Positions 1 to 11,073 of a stretch of 42,965 bases of DNA are shown piece after piece. Below the pieces are notes generated by a model, which did no database searches, had not been told where the DNA came from, and saw only the letters and a program-made list of their open reading frames with translations. Numbering within the stretch: position 1 is the first letter of the stretch; each line of letters opens with the position of its first letter. The translations under genes and the position numbers were made by a program. This DNA comes from a virus (lineage: Duplodnaviria > Heunggongvirae > Uroviricota > Caudoviricetes): the IMG/VR virus record IMGVR_UViG_2687453530_000006, positions 1 to 42,965 of that record, one strand, 5' to 3'.

Positions 1-61
1 CACTGTTTATCCATACAGTTAAAAATAATACTGTATACAAACACAGTATAGAGGGACTTTT

Positions 62-310
62 ATGCGTATTGAAATCTGCATAGCCAAAGAAAAAATGACT
101 AAAATGCCAAACGGTGCTGTGGATGCGTTAAAGGAAGAATTAACCCGACGCATCAGTAAACGTTATGACGATGTAGAGGTGATCGTAAAAGCCACCAGCA
201 ACGATGGGCTTTCTGTTACACGCACCGCAGATAAAGATTCTGCAAAAACATTTGTTCAGGAGACTCTGAAAGATACCTGGGAGTCTGCTGACGAGTGGTT
301 TGTTCACTAA
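62..310 (+). CDS. DinI-family SOS modulator (DNA damage-inducible protein I-like)
   Basis: 82-aa ORF whose length and C-terminal [11 protein letters not shown] motif match the DinI family as recalled; convergent with tfa; followed by a hairpin and T-run. Confidence 0.75.
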   Translation: MRIEICIAKEKMTKMPNGAVDALKEELTRRISKRYDDVEVIVKATSNDGLSVTRTADKDSAKTFVQETLKDTWESADEWFVH

Positions 311-378
311 TAAACACGTAAAATCGGTAACGGCTGGAAATCATTCAATACTCGCACTATCGAAAGTTCACCAGCCAA

Positions 379-420
379 CCGCAGCACGTCCTGCATACGT
401 CGTGTCTGCGGTTTTTCTTT
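379..420 (+). terminator. Rho-independent terminator downstream of the dinI-like gene
   Basis: Inverted repeat ccgcagcacg ... cgtg(t)ctgcgg followed by tttttcttttt on the plus strand. Confidence 0.5.
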
Positions 421-425
421 TTCGC

Positions 426-1010
426 TTACATTGTGTCTGGTTCTTCCGGCCACTCAATATCAGGTGCAGTTGATGTATCAACACGGTTCAGCAACACCCG
501 ATACTTCTTCCAGGCTTCCAGCAATGAGGTTTCTTCCTCCGTTGCGATCTCCAGATCCACAGCATCCTGAAGCGGCGCAATATGCTCACTGGCTACCTGC
601 ATCAGGCTGTTTTTTGTTTCTTCCGCCTCACGGATCCGGAACAGTTTTTCTGCTTCCGTATCCTTCACCCAGGCTGTGCCGTTCCACTTCTGAAACTCCC
701 CTTCCGGCGATAACCAGGTAACATTTTCCGGTAACGGACCGAGTTCAGAAATAAATAACTCGTCCCCTGACGCTACGTCATAAACCGTTTTACCCCGATG
801 GTCTTCAACGAGATGCCACGATGCCTCATCACTGTTGAAAACAGCCACAAAGCCAGCAGGAATATCTGGCGGTGCAATATCGGTACTGTTTGCTGGCAGA
901 CCTGTATGAGGCGGAATATATGCGTCACCTTCACCAATAAATTCATTAGTTCCGGCCAGCAGATTATAAATTTTTATGGTCCGTGGTTGTTCACTCATTC
1001 TGAATGCCAT
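426..1010 (-). CDS. tfa: Tail fiber assembly protein
   Basis: 194-aa ORF immediately downstream of stf; sequence and size typical of lambdoid Tfa proteins as recalled. Confidence 0.85.
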   Translation of the reverse strand: MAFRMSEQPRTIKIYNLLAGTNEFIGEGDAYIPPHTGLPANSTDIAPPDIPAGFVAVFNSDEASWHLVEDHRGKTVYDVASGDELFISELGPLPENVTWLSPEGEFQKWNGTAWVKDTEAEKLFRIREAEETKNSLMQVASEHIAPLQDAVDLEIATEEETSLLEAWKKYRVLLNRVDTSTAPDIEWPEEPDTM

Positions 1011-4000
1011 TATGCAAGCCTCACAATATAGTTAAATGCGATGTTTTTGACGGTGTTTTCCGCATTACCAGCAGCGTTAACGGTGATGGTGTGTCCATGT
1101 GAACCAATCGCAACGGAGTGCGTATGAGCACCAATACCGACAGTATGCGCGTGTGCACCTGCAGATGCTGCTGTGCCGGACAGTGAGTGGCTATGATTAC
1201 CATCTGTACTGGTATTAGCTAACCACCCCGTAGACATACCTACTGAGCCTTGTACACCCCAGGTATTTTGACCTGAGCTTGTATAACCATATTGATAAGT
1301 ATCTTTAAAAACACTGGGGTTAAATCGACGGCCATCTCTATGGCTGTGATTACCAGCTGCATTCGTGCTGCCACTTAAACTATGAGTATGCGCACCAGTG
1401 TTATTCGTGGATTTAGTGCCGTAATCAAACGATGATGTGGTTTTCGTACCCAAATCCGTACTGGATACGCTGGCGCTGTGGGTGTGCGATTTAATGCCGT
1501 CCTGTTCCTGAGACAATACGGCACGACCACTGGCGGGCTTGCCCTTAATCGTCCAGCCACGCATATCAGGGATCACGCCTGACGGATAAGCGGCTGCAAG
1601 TTTCGGGTAAGCAGATTTGTCAAAAGTCTGCCCCTGCATCAGGGCATAACCAGACGGAACGGTATCTGATGGCCACGGGATTGGTGCGCCGACTGGGTAG
1701 CTTTCTGGTGGAAGATTTTTCGAGGTATAAACTTCTGCCCAGTCTTCCTCAAAACCATAACCGTCTCTTGAAGAACGGTAGAACAGACCACCATTTCTGT
1801 AATGCGCCTTCATCTGCAGGGTCCGGCAACTTCCGACTCCGGTATAGAAGTTAACCAGAATATAGCTGTCGCCAGAGCGGGTGACATTGTAAGCGCCTGA
1901 TTCGGCATTCCAGGGAACGCCACCATCCGCATCGGCATATGTATCCGTTGCCCTTCTGGCAAAAGCAGCCACATGCGCGGCGGTTAAAGTAATATCTTTT
2001 GAACCATCAAACTCAACCCCAGAAACCAGTCTTGGCGTTTGCAGCTTTGTTGCTGTCAATGCGTTACCGTTCAGACTTGCAGACAGCTTGGTTCCAATAA
2101 CCAGTTCGCCGGTTGCGTTATCAATAGCAAACGGTCTTAATGTATTCCATCCACCATAAACATCACCTTGATTGGTAAGCAGCAGGTAAGTTTTAGCGCC
2201 ATCATTACGCCATAATGCCCCATACTCCCCACCTATCATTCGAATCTGATTACCACCACGCGCTACAATTTCGTCTGTGGCAAAAAGTTTTTTGCACGAC
2301 AAGTTATCGTTAACGATTAACGAATGAGACTCATAAAAACCACGCCCACTCTTAAAATCAAGGATAACGTCCGCCGCGATACATTCAGTCGCTGGATTTG
2401 TTGCCCCAAACTTATAGGTCGTATCATTAACAACGAGATCAGCACCAGGTGCGGATATTGACAGGCCATCTTCGATAAACGCAAAAACAGGGAAAGCAGC
2501 GCCATCAACATAGAACACAGAGCGCAAATCATCGCCCTTATTACTCATCATTATTGAGTGGATGGCTCGTTCATTGTTTTGATATTGCCAGAACATTCCA
2601 TAAGCATAACGCCCCCTGTCAGTCCAGCCACCAGGCATAACAAATCCGTTAAACTCGCAGTTATTCATCGGATCGCCTGCGGTTCGCGTTGCCGTGGTGA
2701 TAATGACCCTTGATGCCAGTTCGCTTACTGAGCCAGCAGAACGCATAACAACAACAGGGTAATATTTTCCAGATGTTGCACCTGCAGGAGCGTTAACCCG
2801 CACATAACGCATACCACGCTTATCAGCAAAGTCTGTTTTACTGACCGCGTTAATGTTGTTCAGGAAGCGTCCCTTATCGGGTATATCAGCGCCGTTCTGG
2901 TCTTTCTGCAGACGTTTCTCTGCATTGTCATAGGCTGATTTTACTGCCTTTGGCGTTGCCGCCAGCGTTTCAGACGTGCTGTTGGTCGCGCTGCTTAGCT
3001 GGATTATCCCTTTCTGTGCTGTCGTTGCATCCTGTGCGGTGTATTTCCCGTTAGCCAGGTCATACGCGGCCTTAACGGCTTTTGGCGTTGCCGCCAGTGA
3101 CTCGGAAGTGCTATTGGTCGCACTGCTGAGCTGTACTATCCCCTTTTTCGTCGTGCTCGCATCCTCAAGCGCCACGGCGGATGCAATATCCTCTGCCCGT
3201 TTTGCCGCTGTCTCAGCGCGCGTTGCCGCGGATTCCGCCGTACTTTTGCTCTGAGCTGCCGCCGTCGCACTGCCAGCTGCCTCTGTCGCCTTCGTGGATG
3301 CCGTCGTGGCGCTGCCCTTCGCTGCGGACGCTTGTCTGGTCGCCTCATCTTTTGAAGCAGACGCAGATGATGCCGATGACGCCGCCGAACTGGCGGACGA
3401 TGCGGCAGCCGTTTTTGAGGATTCTGCGCTGGTTTCCGACGCTTTCGCGTTCGTCTCGGATGTCTTCGCTGCGGAAGCAGACCTCGCTGCTGCGCTGGCC
3501 TGTACAGCGGCTTCGCCAGCCTTCGTTGTGGCTGTTGAAGCGGACGATGCAGCACTTTCTGCCGATTTTCCGGCGGCGGTGGCACTGGCTGAGGCCTGCC
3601 CGGCACTTGTTGACGCGGCACTGGCAGACGACGCAGCCGCTGTTTTTGAGCCTGCCGCAGCTGAGGCACTCTGTCCCGCTGCCGTTTCAGAAGACCTGGC
3701 GTTTGTCTCAGACGTCTTTGCCGCCTTCGCGGAATTGCCTGCCGCCGTTGCCGAGGAAGCGGCACTACTGGCGCTTGATGATGCGTTCGTTTCTGATGAT
3801 TTCGCTGCCTCTTTTGAGGCCGCCGCATCCCGGGCTGAGGTGGCTGCTTCTGACGCCTTCGTGGTCGCGGCGGATGCAGAAGTGGCTGCTGATTGTTGTG
3901 ACGCTGCCGCATTCGTTTCTGACGTTTTCGCCGCAGCGGCACTGGTAGCTGCCGCGCTTTTTGAGGACTCTGCAGCAGCAGCACTTTTCGATGCTTCACT

Positions 4001-4546
4001 GGCCTTTGTTGATGCCGTTCCTGCGCTGGAAGATGCTGACTGAGCCGACGACGCGGCCTGTCCGGCTGACGTGCTGGCTGCGCGTGCTGAGCCTGCAGCA
4101 TCAGTCGCATGGGTTGCCGCCTCACGTGCTGATGTGCCGGCATCGCTGGCTGACTTCTTCGCGGCTGCCGTGTTCTGTGCCACCGCGGACGCGTTACGCG
4201 CCACCTCTTCCACCATCAGTTCAAAACGTCGCAGTGCCTCCGGACGGGCATCATCCTCCGTCATGGCACCGAGAAAATCATTCAGCGTACCGGGTTGAGA
4301 ATCTTCATACACGGTGATGGTCCCGGCATGTGACGGCGGGAATCCCTCCACCAACAGAATAACGCTGTACTGACCGTACTCAACGTCCATGCTGTAACGC
4401 CCGGCTTCATCCGGATTTTCTGAGGCCAGCGTGTTCACCACCACAGTGGTACTGTTACGTTTTGCTTTCAGCTGGATTGTGCAGTTCTGTACCGGTTTTC
4501 CTGTGCCGTCTTTCAGTACACCTGAAATCTTTACTGCCATATTCAC
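1010..4546 (-). CDS. stf: Side tail fiber protein with long Ala/Ser-rich repeat region and His-rich C-terminal domain
   Basis: 1178-aa ORF; N-terminus [16 protein letters not shown]... resembles lambda Stf N-terminus as recalled; central low-complexity Ala/Ser/Thr repeats; C-terminal HxH repeats (GAHTHS, GNHSHS, AHAHT) typical of tail fiber tips. Confidence 0.85.
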   Translation of the reverse strand: MNMAVKISGVLKDGTGKPVQNCTIQLKAKRNSTTVVVNTLASENPDEAGRYSMDVEYGQYSVILLVEGFPPSHAGTITVYEDSQPGTLNDFLGAMTEDDARPEALRRFELMVEEVARNASAVAQNTAAAKKSASDAGTSAREAATHATDAAGSARAASTSAGQAASSAQSASSSAGTASTKASEASKSAAAAESSKSAAATSAAAAKTSETNAAASQQSAATSASAATTKASEAATSARDAAASKEAAKSSETNASSSASSAASSATAAGNSAKAAKTSETNARSSETAAGQSASAAAGSKTAAASSASAASTSAGQASASATAAGKSAESAASSASTATTKAGEAAVQASAAARSASAAKTSETNAKASETSAESSKTAAASSASSAASSASSASASKDEATRQASAAKGSATTASTKATEAAGSATAAAQSKSTAESAATRAETAAKRAEDIASAVALEDASTTKKGIVQLSSATNSTSESLAATPKAVKAAYDLANGKYTAQDATTAQKGIIQLSSATNSTSETLAATPKAVKSAYDNAEKRLQKDQNGADIPDKGRFLNNINAVSKTDFADKRGMRYVRVNAPAGATSGKYYPVVVMRSAGSVSELASRVIITTATRTAGDPMNNCEFNGFVMPGGWTDRGRYAYGMFWQYQNNERAIHSIMMSNKGDDLRSVFYVDGAAFPVFAFIEDGLSISAPGADLVVNDTTYKFGATNPATECIAADVILDFKSGRGFYESHSLIVNDNLSCKKLFATDEIVARGGNQIRMIGGEYGALWRNDGAKTYLLLTNQGDVYGGWNTLRPFAIDNATGELVIGTKLSASLNGNALTATKLQTPRLVSGVEFDGSKDITLTAAHVAAFARRATDTYADADGGVPWNAESGAYNVTRSGDSYILVNFYTGVGSCRTLQMKAHYRNGGLFYRSSRDGYGFEEDWAEVYTSKNLPPESYPVGAPIPWPSDTVPSGYALMQGQTFDKSAYPKLAAAYPSGVIPDMRGWTIKGKPASGRAVLSQEQDGIKSHTHSASVSSTDLGTKTTSSFDYGTKSTNNTGAHTHSLSGSTNAAGNHSHRDGRRFNPSVFKDTYQYGYTSSGQNTWGVQGSVGMSTGWLANTSTDGNHSHSLSGTAASAGAHAHTVGIGAHTHSVAIGSHGHTITVNAAGNAENTVKNIAFNYIVRLA
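2940..3175. repeat. Tandem duplication of about 132 bp inside stf
   Basis: Near-identical DNA blocks (gcctttggcgttgccgccagcg... and gcttttggcgttgccgccagtg...) encoding repeated [23 protein letters not shown] peptide units. Confidence 0.7.
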
Positions 4547-4550
4547 CCCA

Positions 4551-4578
4551 CAAAAAAGCCCGCCTGAACCGGCGGGCT
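4551..4578 (-). terminator. Rho-independent terminator between lom and stf
   Basis: On the minus strand, stem agcccgcc / ggcgggct with a 6-nt loop followed by a T-run (plus-strand A-run 4552-4557). Confidence 0.5.
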
Positions 4579-4604
4579 GTCATAACACTGTGTTACCTGG
4601 CTAA

Positions 4605-5204
4605 TCAGAATTTATAACCGACACCCACGATGAAACCGTCAGTGCGCCAGTCACCACTGCCGGAGCCTTCATAAGCAATATCAATGGCCACGGATTCGGT
4701 CGGGTTAAACTGCACGCCAGCTCCCCACGCCAGAGACGTGTTGCTGTGGCGACCGTCATCACTTCCGGTCAGCACATCGTGCGTTTTCCCCTTGTTGTCA
4801 GTTACGCGGAGATAATCCCCGGAGAAAGTCGACACACGGCTGTAAGCCACACCCGCCATCGCATACGCGCTGAACCATTCATTCACGCGTACAGACGGCC
4901 CCGCCATCACGCTGAACCAGCGGTTACGCACGGAATCTTCATGCCAGCGGGTATCGCTGTAACGGGTAAGCTGGCGATTCTTGTCTCCTGCATAGCTGAA
5001 TGACGTCACCAGCCCCAGCGTGTCCGTAAATTCATAACGGTATTTCACGTTAATCCCGTTCAGATCATCGCTGCCGGGAACGTTCGTCGAGGCATGAAGA
5101 TACCCCGCGCTCAGCGTGGCCTGCTGCTCAGACGCCCATGCAGGCGCACCGGATACGGCCAGACAGATGGCTGCGGACAAAATGGCTGCACAAACTTTAC
5201 GCAT
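4605..5204 (-). CDS. lom: Lom-like outer membrane protein (Ail/Lom/OmpX family)
   Basis: 199-aa ORF with signal peptide ([24 protein letters not shown]) and beta-barrel-like alternating pattern ending in GYKF; position between J and stf as in lambda. Confidence 0.85.
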
Positions 5205-5225
5205 AATTACCTCTCGCTTTTCTGC

Positions 5226-5253
5226 AATAAAAAAGGCGCCATTTCTGGCGCCC
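5226..5253 (-). terminator. Rho-independent terminator between J and lom
   Basis: On the minus strand, stem ggcgcc-agaaat-ggcgcc followed by ttttttatt. Confidence 0.5.
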
Positions 5254-5271
5254 GTATATGGGTTATAAAAT

Positions 5272-8200
5272 TCAGCTGATACTGATGCCTGCGGTGGCTT
5301 TCTTCATCACCACAACCAGCAAATCGCTGATACTTGCTGTGGGATACCAGTCATTTACCAGCCATGCTGACACCGAAAACTCCAGCGTCATGTGGCCGTG
5401 ACCAGCTGGCATATCAATAACACCACTGTAAATCAGCGTATTATCCAGCGCGGTACGGTTATAAATTTCAGCACCATTTTTCTTCACTATCAGGCGGCAT
5501 GACGAATAAATATCGTTATTCTCCCGCTCATGTTTAGCGCCGCAGAATGCCACCGCCGGAATAACAATTTGCCTGTCAAAAGGCTGATCGTCATAAATCC
5601 TGACGGTAATGGTCCCTGATGGCCACCGCTCCGGTGCCCGGGAGTCCCGCGGGAAAGCCTTACCCACTGTTTTGACAATATCGCCTTCAATCTGGTTGGC
5701 TGACAGTTTCCCTTTAATCTGACAGTTCTCATTTATCGTAACGTTGTTGAGCGTCCCGGAGTTCGCATTCACACTGCCACTGATATCTGCATTTTTAGCG
5801 GTCAGCTTTCCGTCCGGTGTCAGGGAAAATGCCGGAGGATTACCGCCGCTGGTAATGGTCGGAGCCGTCAGGCGTTTCAGGAACACGTCGTTCATGAATA
5901 TCTGATCGCCCTGACCAACAAACATTGGTCTTGTGTTGCCATTAGACGGATCAATAAACGCGATACGGTTAGCGGCAACCAGGAACTGGCTCAGTTTGCC
6001 TTCCTCCGTGTCCTCCATGCTGAGGCCAATACCCGCGACATAATGTTTGCCGTCTTTGGTCTGCTCAATTTTGACGCCCCACATGGCATTCCACTTATCG
6101 TTGGCGTCCTTCCACTCTTTCGAAAACTGCTCCAGTTTGCTGGCGTTATCTTCCGTCAGCTCAAAGTTTTCCAGTAGCTCCTTGCCGAGATGCGTTTTAT
6201 TGATCAACCCTTTATAAAAATTCAGATAACCTTCCGCATCATCGCTCGCCCGACCGACGGCCTCCACAAATGCCGATTTACCAACGGTATTCACGCTGCG
6301 GATATAAAAGTAATAATCATAACCCGGCTTAATATTGCTACTGGCAGCTATCCAGTACAGCGCCGTGCCAAGATAGCGGGCTGTGGTTTCAACCTGCCTG
6401 ATATCAGCAATCCGTTTTTCCGAGAACCAGAACTCAAACTGTACCGTCGGGTCATAAACCGCAAGATGCGGCGTGGCGGTTATCTGAAAATAGCCCGGTG
6501 TCAGCTCAATCCGAGACGGCGCTGCCGGTGCGGCAATCCGGAACGATACCGATGCCGGATCGCCCTGCTGTCCCCACGCATTTACCGCCCGGACTGTCAG
6601 CCTGTAGTTCCCCAGCGCCAGTTGCGTGAAGCGGTATGTGGTTTCCGTCGTCCGGACCGTGCTGACCAGCCGCTCACTGCCGTCGTCCGCTGTTACGGTC
6701 AGACGGAGCAGGAAGCTCACGCCCTTCACCACCTTCGGTGTGTCCCATCGCGCCAGCACCTGATATTCCCCGCTGTCTGCGGTGACTTCGGCAGTCAGGT
6801 GCTGCACCGCTGGCGGCGTGACACCATTCACCGTGCCGCTCTGGTCGCCGTCAAAGTGCGCCCCGTTATCCACGATGGCTTCTTTTTCCGGTACATGCTG
6901 CACGGCAGTGATGGCATACGTGCCGTCATCGTTCTCACGGATACTCACACAGCGGAACAGGCGCTGGCGCAGCGTCGGCAGCTTCAGCCCCCATACGCTG
7001 TATCCGGCAACGCCGTCAGGAACACGGCTCACTTTTACCTTCACGCCGTCGGTGACGGACTGGACCTCCACGCTGACCGGATTGCCGCTTCCGTCAACCA
7101 GGCTTATCAGCGTGGTACCGGAGGATGGCAGCGTGATTTCACGGTCGAGCGTCAGCGTCCGGGTCTGGCTGTTCACCGCCAGCACGCGCCCGCCGGTGCG
7201 GATACCGGCATAGTCATCATCGCAGATTTCAATGACATCGCCCGGTACATGGCGAAGCCCTTCAGCACCCACGCTGAAATCCACGGTCTGCGTCTCCAGC
7301 AGTTCTGTTTTAATCAGCCACAGCCCGGCGCGGTGTGCCTGCCCCCGGCTGGTACAGCCAAAGGCATCCATCTTCGTGACGTTACGACCGTAACGGACAA
7401 TGGCCTGCGTATCCTCCACAAGCTCTGTCGCCGTCTCCCAGCCGTTATCCGGGTCAATCCAGTTCACCTCAACGGCATTATGGCGGTCTTTCAGGGCGCT
7501 GAAGCTGTAGCGGAACGGCGCGCCATCATCCGGCATCACCACATTACTGCGGTTATAGGTCCACACCTTATCCGACGGTCGGTCCTGCACGAACGTCAGC
7601 GTCTGCCCGTTCCATACCGGCATACAGCGCATCGCCGAGCAGAAATCGCTGAGCACATCCCACGCCTTACGCTGTGTGGTCAGGTATGCATTACAGGTGA
7701 TGCGCGGCTCCGTGCCGCCAAAACCATTCGGTACCAACTGGTCGCAGTACTGGCCGATGACATACAGCGTCCATTTATCCACATCTGCTGCACCAAGACG
7801 TATCCCCATGCCGTAGCGCGGATGGGTCAGCATATCCCACAGACACCATGCCATGTTGTTGCTGTATGCCGGTTTAAACGTTCCGTCCCAGATACCGCTG
7901 TATTGCCGCGTCTGCGGGTTATAATTCGACGGCACCTGCAGAATACGCCCGCGCAGATGATAATTACGGCTCACCTGCTGGCTGCCGAACTGCTCCGAGT
8001 CCACCTGCACGCCGACCAGTGCCGTGTTCGGGTAGCACTGTTTCACATCGATGATTTCTGTGTATGACGACCAGAGCGTTTTGTTCTGCAGCTGGTCTGT
8101 GGTGCTGTCCGGCGTCATCCTGCGCATCCGGATATTAAACGGGCGCGGCGGCAGGTTATCCACCACCACCGAGGCCAGATACTGCGAGGTGGTTTTGCCC

Positions 8201-8667
8201 TTAATGGTGATGTCTTTTTCCGTCACCCAGCCACCGTTACGCTGTATCTGAACCAGCAGGCGGACTTCCGACGGATTCCTGTCACCCTTTGAGGTGGTTT
8301 CCACCAGTGCCTGTACACCGAAGGTAAAGCGCAGACGGTCGATGTTTGCCGACGTAATGGTACGGGTGATCGGCGTGTCATATTTCACTTCCGTACCCAG
8401 CACCGTCTCGGAGCCGGAGGATTCAAACCCCTCCGGCGGAGTCTGCTCCTGCTCACCTGCCCGGAACACCACCGTGACGCCGGATATATTGGTATTCCCC
8501 TCACTGTCCAGCACCGGCGTACTGTTCAGCAGCACGCTTTTTAATCCATCCACCGGACCTTCAATCGGCCCTTCGCTGATGGCATCAATCACACTCAGCA
8601 GCTGCGTGGATTTCAGGTTGTCCTTCGCTTCGCGCGGGGTATGCCCCTTACTGCTGCCTTTACCCAT
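5272..8667 (-). CDS. J: Host specificity / tail tip protein J
   Basis: 1131-aa ORF with N-terminus [24 protein letters not shown] as recalled for lambda J; follows I in lambda order. Confidence 0.9.
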   Translation of the reverse strand: MGKGSSKGHTPREAKDNLKSTQLLSVIDAISEGPIEGPVDGLKSVLLNSTPVLDSEGNTNISGVTVVFRAGEQEQTPPEGFESSGSETVLGTEVKYDTPITRTITSANIDRLRFTFGVQALVETTSKGDRNPSEVRLLVQIQRNGGWVTEKDITIKGKTTSQYLASVVVDNLPPRPFNIRMRRMTPDSTTDQLQNKTLWSSYTEIIDVKQCYPNTALVGVQVDSEQFGSQQVSRNYHLRGRILQVPSNYNPQTRQYSGIWDGTFKPAYSNNMAWCLWDMLTHPRYGMGIRLGAADVDKWTLYVIGQYCDQLVPNGFGGTEPRITCNAYLTTQRKAWDVLSDFCSAMRCMPVWNGQTLTFVQDRPSDKVWTYNRSNVVMPDDGAPFRYSFSALKDRHNAVEVNWIDPDNGWETATELVEDTQAIVRYGRNVTKMDAFGCTSRGQAHRAGLWLIKTELLETQTVDFSVGAEGLRHVPGDVIEICDDDYAGIRTGGRVLAVNSQTRTLTLDREITLPSSGTTLISLVDGSGNPVSVEVQSVTDGVKVKVSRVPDGVAGYSVWGLKLPTLRQRLFRCVSIRENDDGTYAITAVQHVPEKEAIVDNGAHFDGDQSGTVNGVTPPAVQHLTAEVTADSGEYQVLARWDTPKVVKGVSFLLRLTVTADDGSERLVSTVRTTETTYRFTQLALGNYRLTVRAVNAWGQQGDPASVSFRIAAPAAPSRIELTPGYFQITATPHLAVYDPTVQFEFWFSEKRIADIRQVETTARYLGTALYWIAASSNIKPGYDYYFYIRSVNTVGKSAFVEAVGRASDDAEGYLNFYKGLINKTHLGKELLENFELTEDNASKLEQFSKEWKDANDKWNAMWGVKIEQTKDGKHYVAGIGLSMEDTEEGKLSQFLVAANRIAFIDPSNGNTRPMFVGQGDQIFMNDVFLKRLTAPTITSGGNPPAFSLTPDGKLTAKNADISGSVNANSGTLNNVTINENCQIKGKLSANQIEGDIVKTVGKAFPRDSRAPERWPSGTITVRIYDDQPFDRQIVIPAVAFCGAKHERENNDIYSSCRLIVKKNGAEIYNRTALDNTLIYSGVIDMPAGHGHMTLEFSVSAWLVNDWYPTASISDLLVVVMKKATAGISIS

Positions 8668-8727
8668 TCCTCACGCTCCATAAACGACAAAACCGCCCGG
8701 AGGCGGTTTCACATAAAACGTTTTGCA

Positions 8728-9399
8728 TCAACGACCAATCACCACAACCTGACCACCGTCCCCTTCGTCTGCCGTGCTGATCTCCTGAGAAACCACGCGT
8801 GACCCCACGCGCATTTCCCCGTACAGAACCGGCAGAACATTGCCCTGGGCAACCATGTTATCCAGTGAGGAGAAATACGTGTTCTGTTTGCCGTTATCTG
8901 TACTGGCTGCCGTGGGCGTCCTGGCTTTCGGTGCCAGCATCTGCGCCACTCCGCCCAGGATCATACTGGCACCGAGAGAAAACAGAATGCCGGTCATACC
9001 ACCGGCCCCAATGGCTGTCCCCCATGCTGCAAGGGTGGCTCCGGCGGTAAAGAATGATCCGGCAATGGCGGCTGCCCCCAGGACAATCTGGAATACGCCA
9101 CCTGACTTGGCCCCGGCGACTCTGGGAACGATATGAATCACAGCGCCGTCAGGCAGAGCCTCATGTAACTGCGCCGTTAATCCGGACGTGCTGACATCCT
9201 GCCCGGCAATACGTACCTGATACCAGCCGTCGCTCAGTTTCTGACGAAACGCCGGGAGCTGTGTGGCCAGTGCCCGGATGGCTTCAGCCCCCGTTTTCAC
9301 ACGAAGGTCGATGCGGCGACCAAATCGTTGTAAATCCCCGTAAAGGCAGATGCGCGCCATGCCCGGTGACGCCAGAGGGAGTGTGTGCGTCGCTGCCAT
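8728..9399 (-). CDS. I: Tail assembly protein I
   Basis: 223-aa ORF starting MAATHTLPLASPGMARICLYGDL; Gly/Ala-rich C-terminal half; lambda gene order. Confidence 0.85.
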   Translation of the reverse strand: MAATHTLPLASPGMARICLYGDLQRFGRRIDLRVKTGAEAIRALATQLPAFRQKLSDGWYQVRIAGQDVSTSGLTAQLHEALPDGAVIHIVPRVAGAKSGGVFQIVLGAAAIAGSFFTAGATLAAWGTAIGAGGMTGILFSLGASMILGGVAQMLAPKARTPTAASTDNGKQNTYFSSLDNMVAQGNVLPVLYGEMRVGSRVVSQEISTADEGDGGQVVVIGR

Positions 9400-10040
9400 T
9401 TGTCGGTATACCTCTCTCGTTTGCTCAGTTGTTCAGGAATATGGTGCAGCAGCTCGCCATCACCACAGTAAATGGCGGCATGATTCGGCACCGATGAACC
9501 AAAACAGCACAGCAGCACATCGCCCGGTTGTGCTGATGACAACGGCACCTGATACAGCCCTGTGGCCTCCAGATTATCCAGATAGAGATTCTGACCGTGA
9601 CGCCACCAGTCATCCTCGCGATGAAAATCCGGCATCTCAATCCCCGCCAGATGGTAAGCGTCCCGGAACAGCGTGTAACAGTCCGTCACCCCGTGTTCAA
9701 AGCGCCGCCCGGTGAGATGCGGCACACAGCGGAACTTATGAATCGTCCCCCGGCAGACCAGCCACCACGGCAAATCACTCTGCACCTGCAGCCGCCGGTC
9801 AGCCTCACTCAGCCAGGGCAGACCACCGGGGTGGCTGTGGACCAGCGCCACAATCTCACCCTGCATCTCTGCCCGCAGCCAGTCCTCCGGCGACATCCGG
9901 AAATACGCCTCCGGCTCACCTGAGATATTCACGCAGGGAAAATACCTTTCCCCTTCCGGCGTTCTCACCACGAAGCCGCACGACTCCGCTGGCGCACATC
10001 GCCGGGCGTGCGCCAGAATCGCTGATTCTGTCTCTGTCAT
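9297..10040 (-). CDS. K: Tail assembly protein K (NlpC/P60- and JAB/MPN-like domains)
   Basis: 247-aa ORF starting MTETESAILAHARRCAPAE, with HSHP and Cys/His motifs; overlaps the start of I by about 100 nt in a different frame, so the exact 3' boundary is uncertain. Confidence 0.8.
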   Translation of the reverse strand: MTETESAILAHARRCAPAESCGFVVRTPEGERYFPCVNISGEPEAYFRMSPEDWLRAEMQGEIVALVHSHPGGLPWLSEADRRLQVQSDLPWWLVCRGTIHKFRCVPHLTGRRFEHGVTDCYTLFRDAYHLAGIEMPDFHREDDWWRHGQNLYLDNLEATGLYQVPLSSAQPGDVLLCCFGSSVPNHAAIYCGDGELLHHIPEQLSKRERYTDKWQRRTHSLWRHRAWRASAFTGIYNDLVAASTFV

Positions 10041-10045
10041 GGGAT

Positions 10046-10744
10046 TTACTGCGAAAGTTTGTTAATGGAAAGGAAGCCGCCAAAGTTGCCGACATTATTG
10101 CGGAACTTACAGCCACTCAGGCATTTGCTGCATTTATCCTTCGTGATATCGGACGTCGGCTGATCATATTCATCCGCGACAGCCGGACCGTGATAACCGC
10201 ACTCATCACCGCGATAGGTCCAGGTGCAGGTATTAGCCAGCATGATGCGCCCCGGAAAAACGGCACCATCCGTTTCCGTCGGTGTGGACAACACAAAGGA
10301 GGCACTGACCGCACTCAGTTCGCTGCACTGCTCGATGCGCCAGCGGCTGATCACCTCCTGCTCCGGATCGGCGTCACTGTTTCCGTTAACGAAGTTCACC
10401 GCATCCAGAAAACGGGCGTAAACCTTACGCCGGACCACCGTTCCGCCGACCAGACTCTGCATATCTTCCGCCATCCCGGTGACCATACCGTACAGGTTAG
10501 AAACCGTCAGCGTGGGGCGCGTACTGGTGCCTTTGCCATTCAGTTCAAAACCACTCCCCTGAATGGGATACGGCTGATACTGTCGCCCCTGCCAGGTGAC
10601 CGGCTCACCTTTTTCGTTCTGCTCATTACAGAAAAAATAACGTTCTCCACCAACCTCTGTCAGGTCGATTTCCCAGAGCACCACGCTGGCCGACTGCTCC
10701 GCACGGGTGCATTCATTCAGTGTTTCCTGCCGGATATCCTGCAT
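10046..10744 (-). CDS. L: Minor tail protein L
   Basis: 232-aa ORF in the lambda L position with a C-terminal Cys cluster (CSKCLSGCKF). Confidence 0.85.
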   Translation of the reverse strand: MQDIRQETLNECTRAEQSASVVLWEIDLTEVGGERYFFCNEQNEKGEPVTWQGRQYQPYPIQGSGFELNGKGTSTRPTLTVSNLYGMVTGMAEDMQSLVGGTVVRRKVYARFLDAVNFVNGNSDADPEQEVISRWRIEQCSELSAVSASFVLSTPTETDGAVFPGRIMLANTCTWTYRGDECGYHGPAVADEYDQPTSDITKDKCSKCLSGCKFRNNVGNFGGFLSINKLSQ

Positions 10745-11073
10745 CAGTTCACCACCTGTTCAAACTCTGCGCTGAACTCAACACGCAGCATACTGACCCG
10801 CGACGACCATTTTGCGCAGGTCACCTTTATCTGCCGCCACTCATAAGGCGGCGTCCACAGAAAGGCTTTCCAGCCCCCGTGCTCTTCCAGAAACGACTCC
10901 AGTACCGTGGCCTCCCAACGGGGGACAGAAAGCGTCACGCTGTACGTTTTCAGGTTGGCATTCAGCCCGGCAGGCGCTCGCTGGGAATAGCCATCACCAA
11001 AGCGCACCTTTCTTACAGAAGGGGCCGAAGCCACATCCATACCGGGTTTCACTTTCCAGCGGAAGGTTTTCAT
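10744..11073 (-). CDS. M: Minor tail protein M
   Basis: 109-aa ORF between H and L; start and stop overlap neighbours as in lambda. Confidence 0.85.
   Translation of the reverse strand: MKTFRWKVKPGMDVASAPSVRKVRFGDGYSQRAPAGLNANLKTYSVTLSVPRWEATVLESFLEEHGGWKAFLWTPPYEWRQIKVTCAKWSSRVSMLRVEFSAEFEQVVN

Noticed and set aside
3136-4143. 335-aa minus-strand ORF rich in Arg/Pro/Gln overlapping stf in another frame, plus plus-strand ORFs 3181-3948 and 3294-4043
   Set aside because: All lie within the low-complexity GC-rich repeat region of stf; alternative frames of repetitive GCN-rich sequence stay open by chance, and the translated products are homopolymer-like.
6190-8067. 625-aa plus-strand ORF antisense to J
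   Set aside because: Fully embedded opposite the well-supported J gene; Arg-rich composition typical of antisense frames in GC-rich coding DNA.
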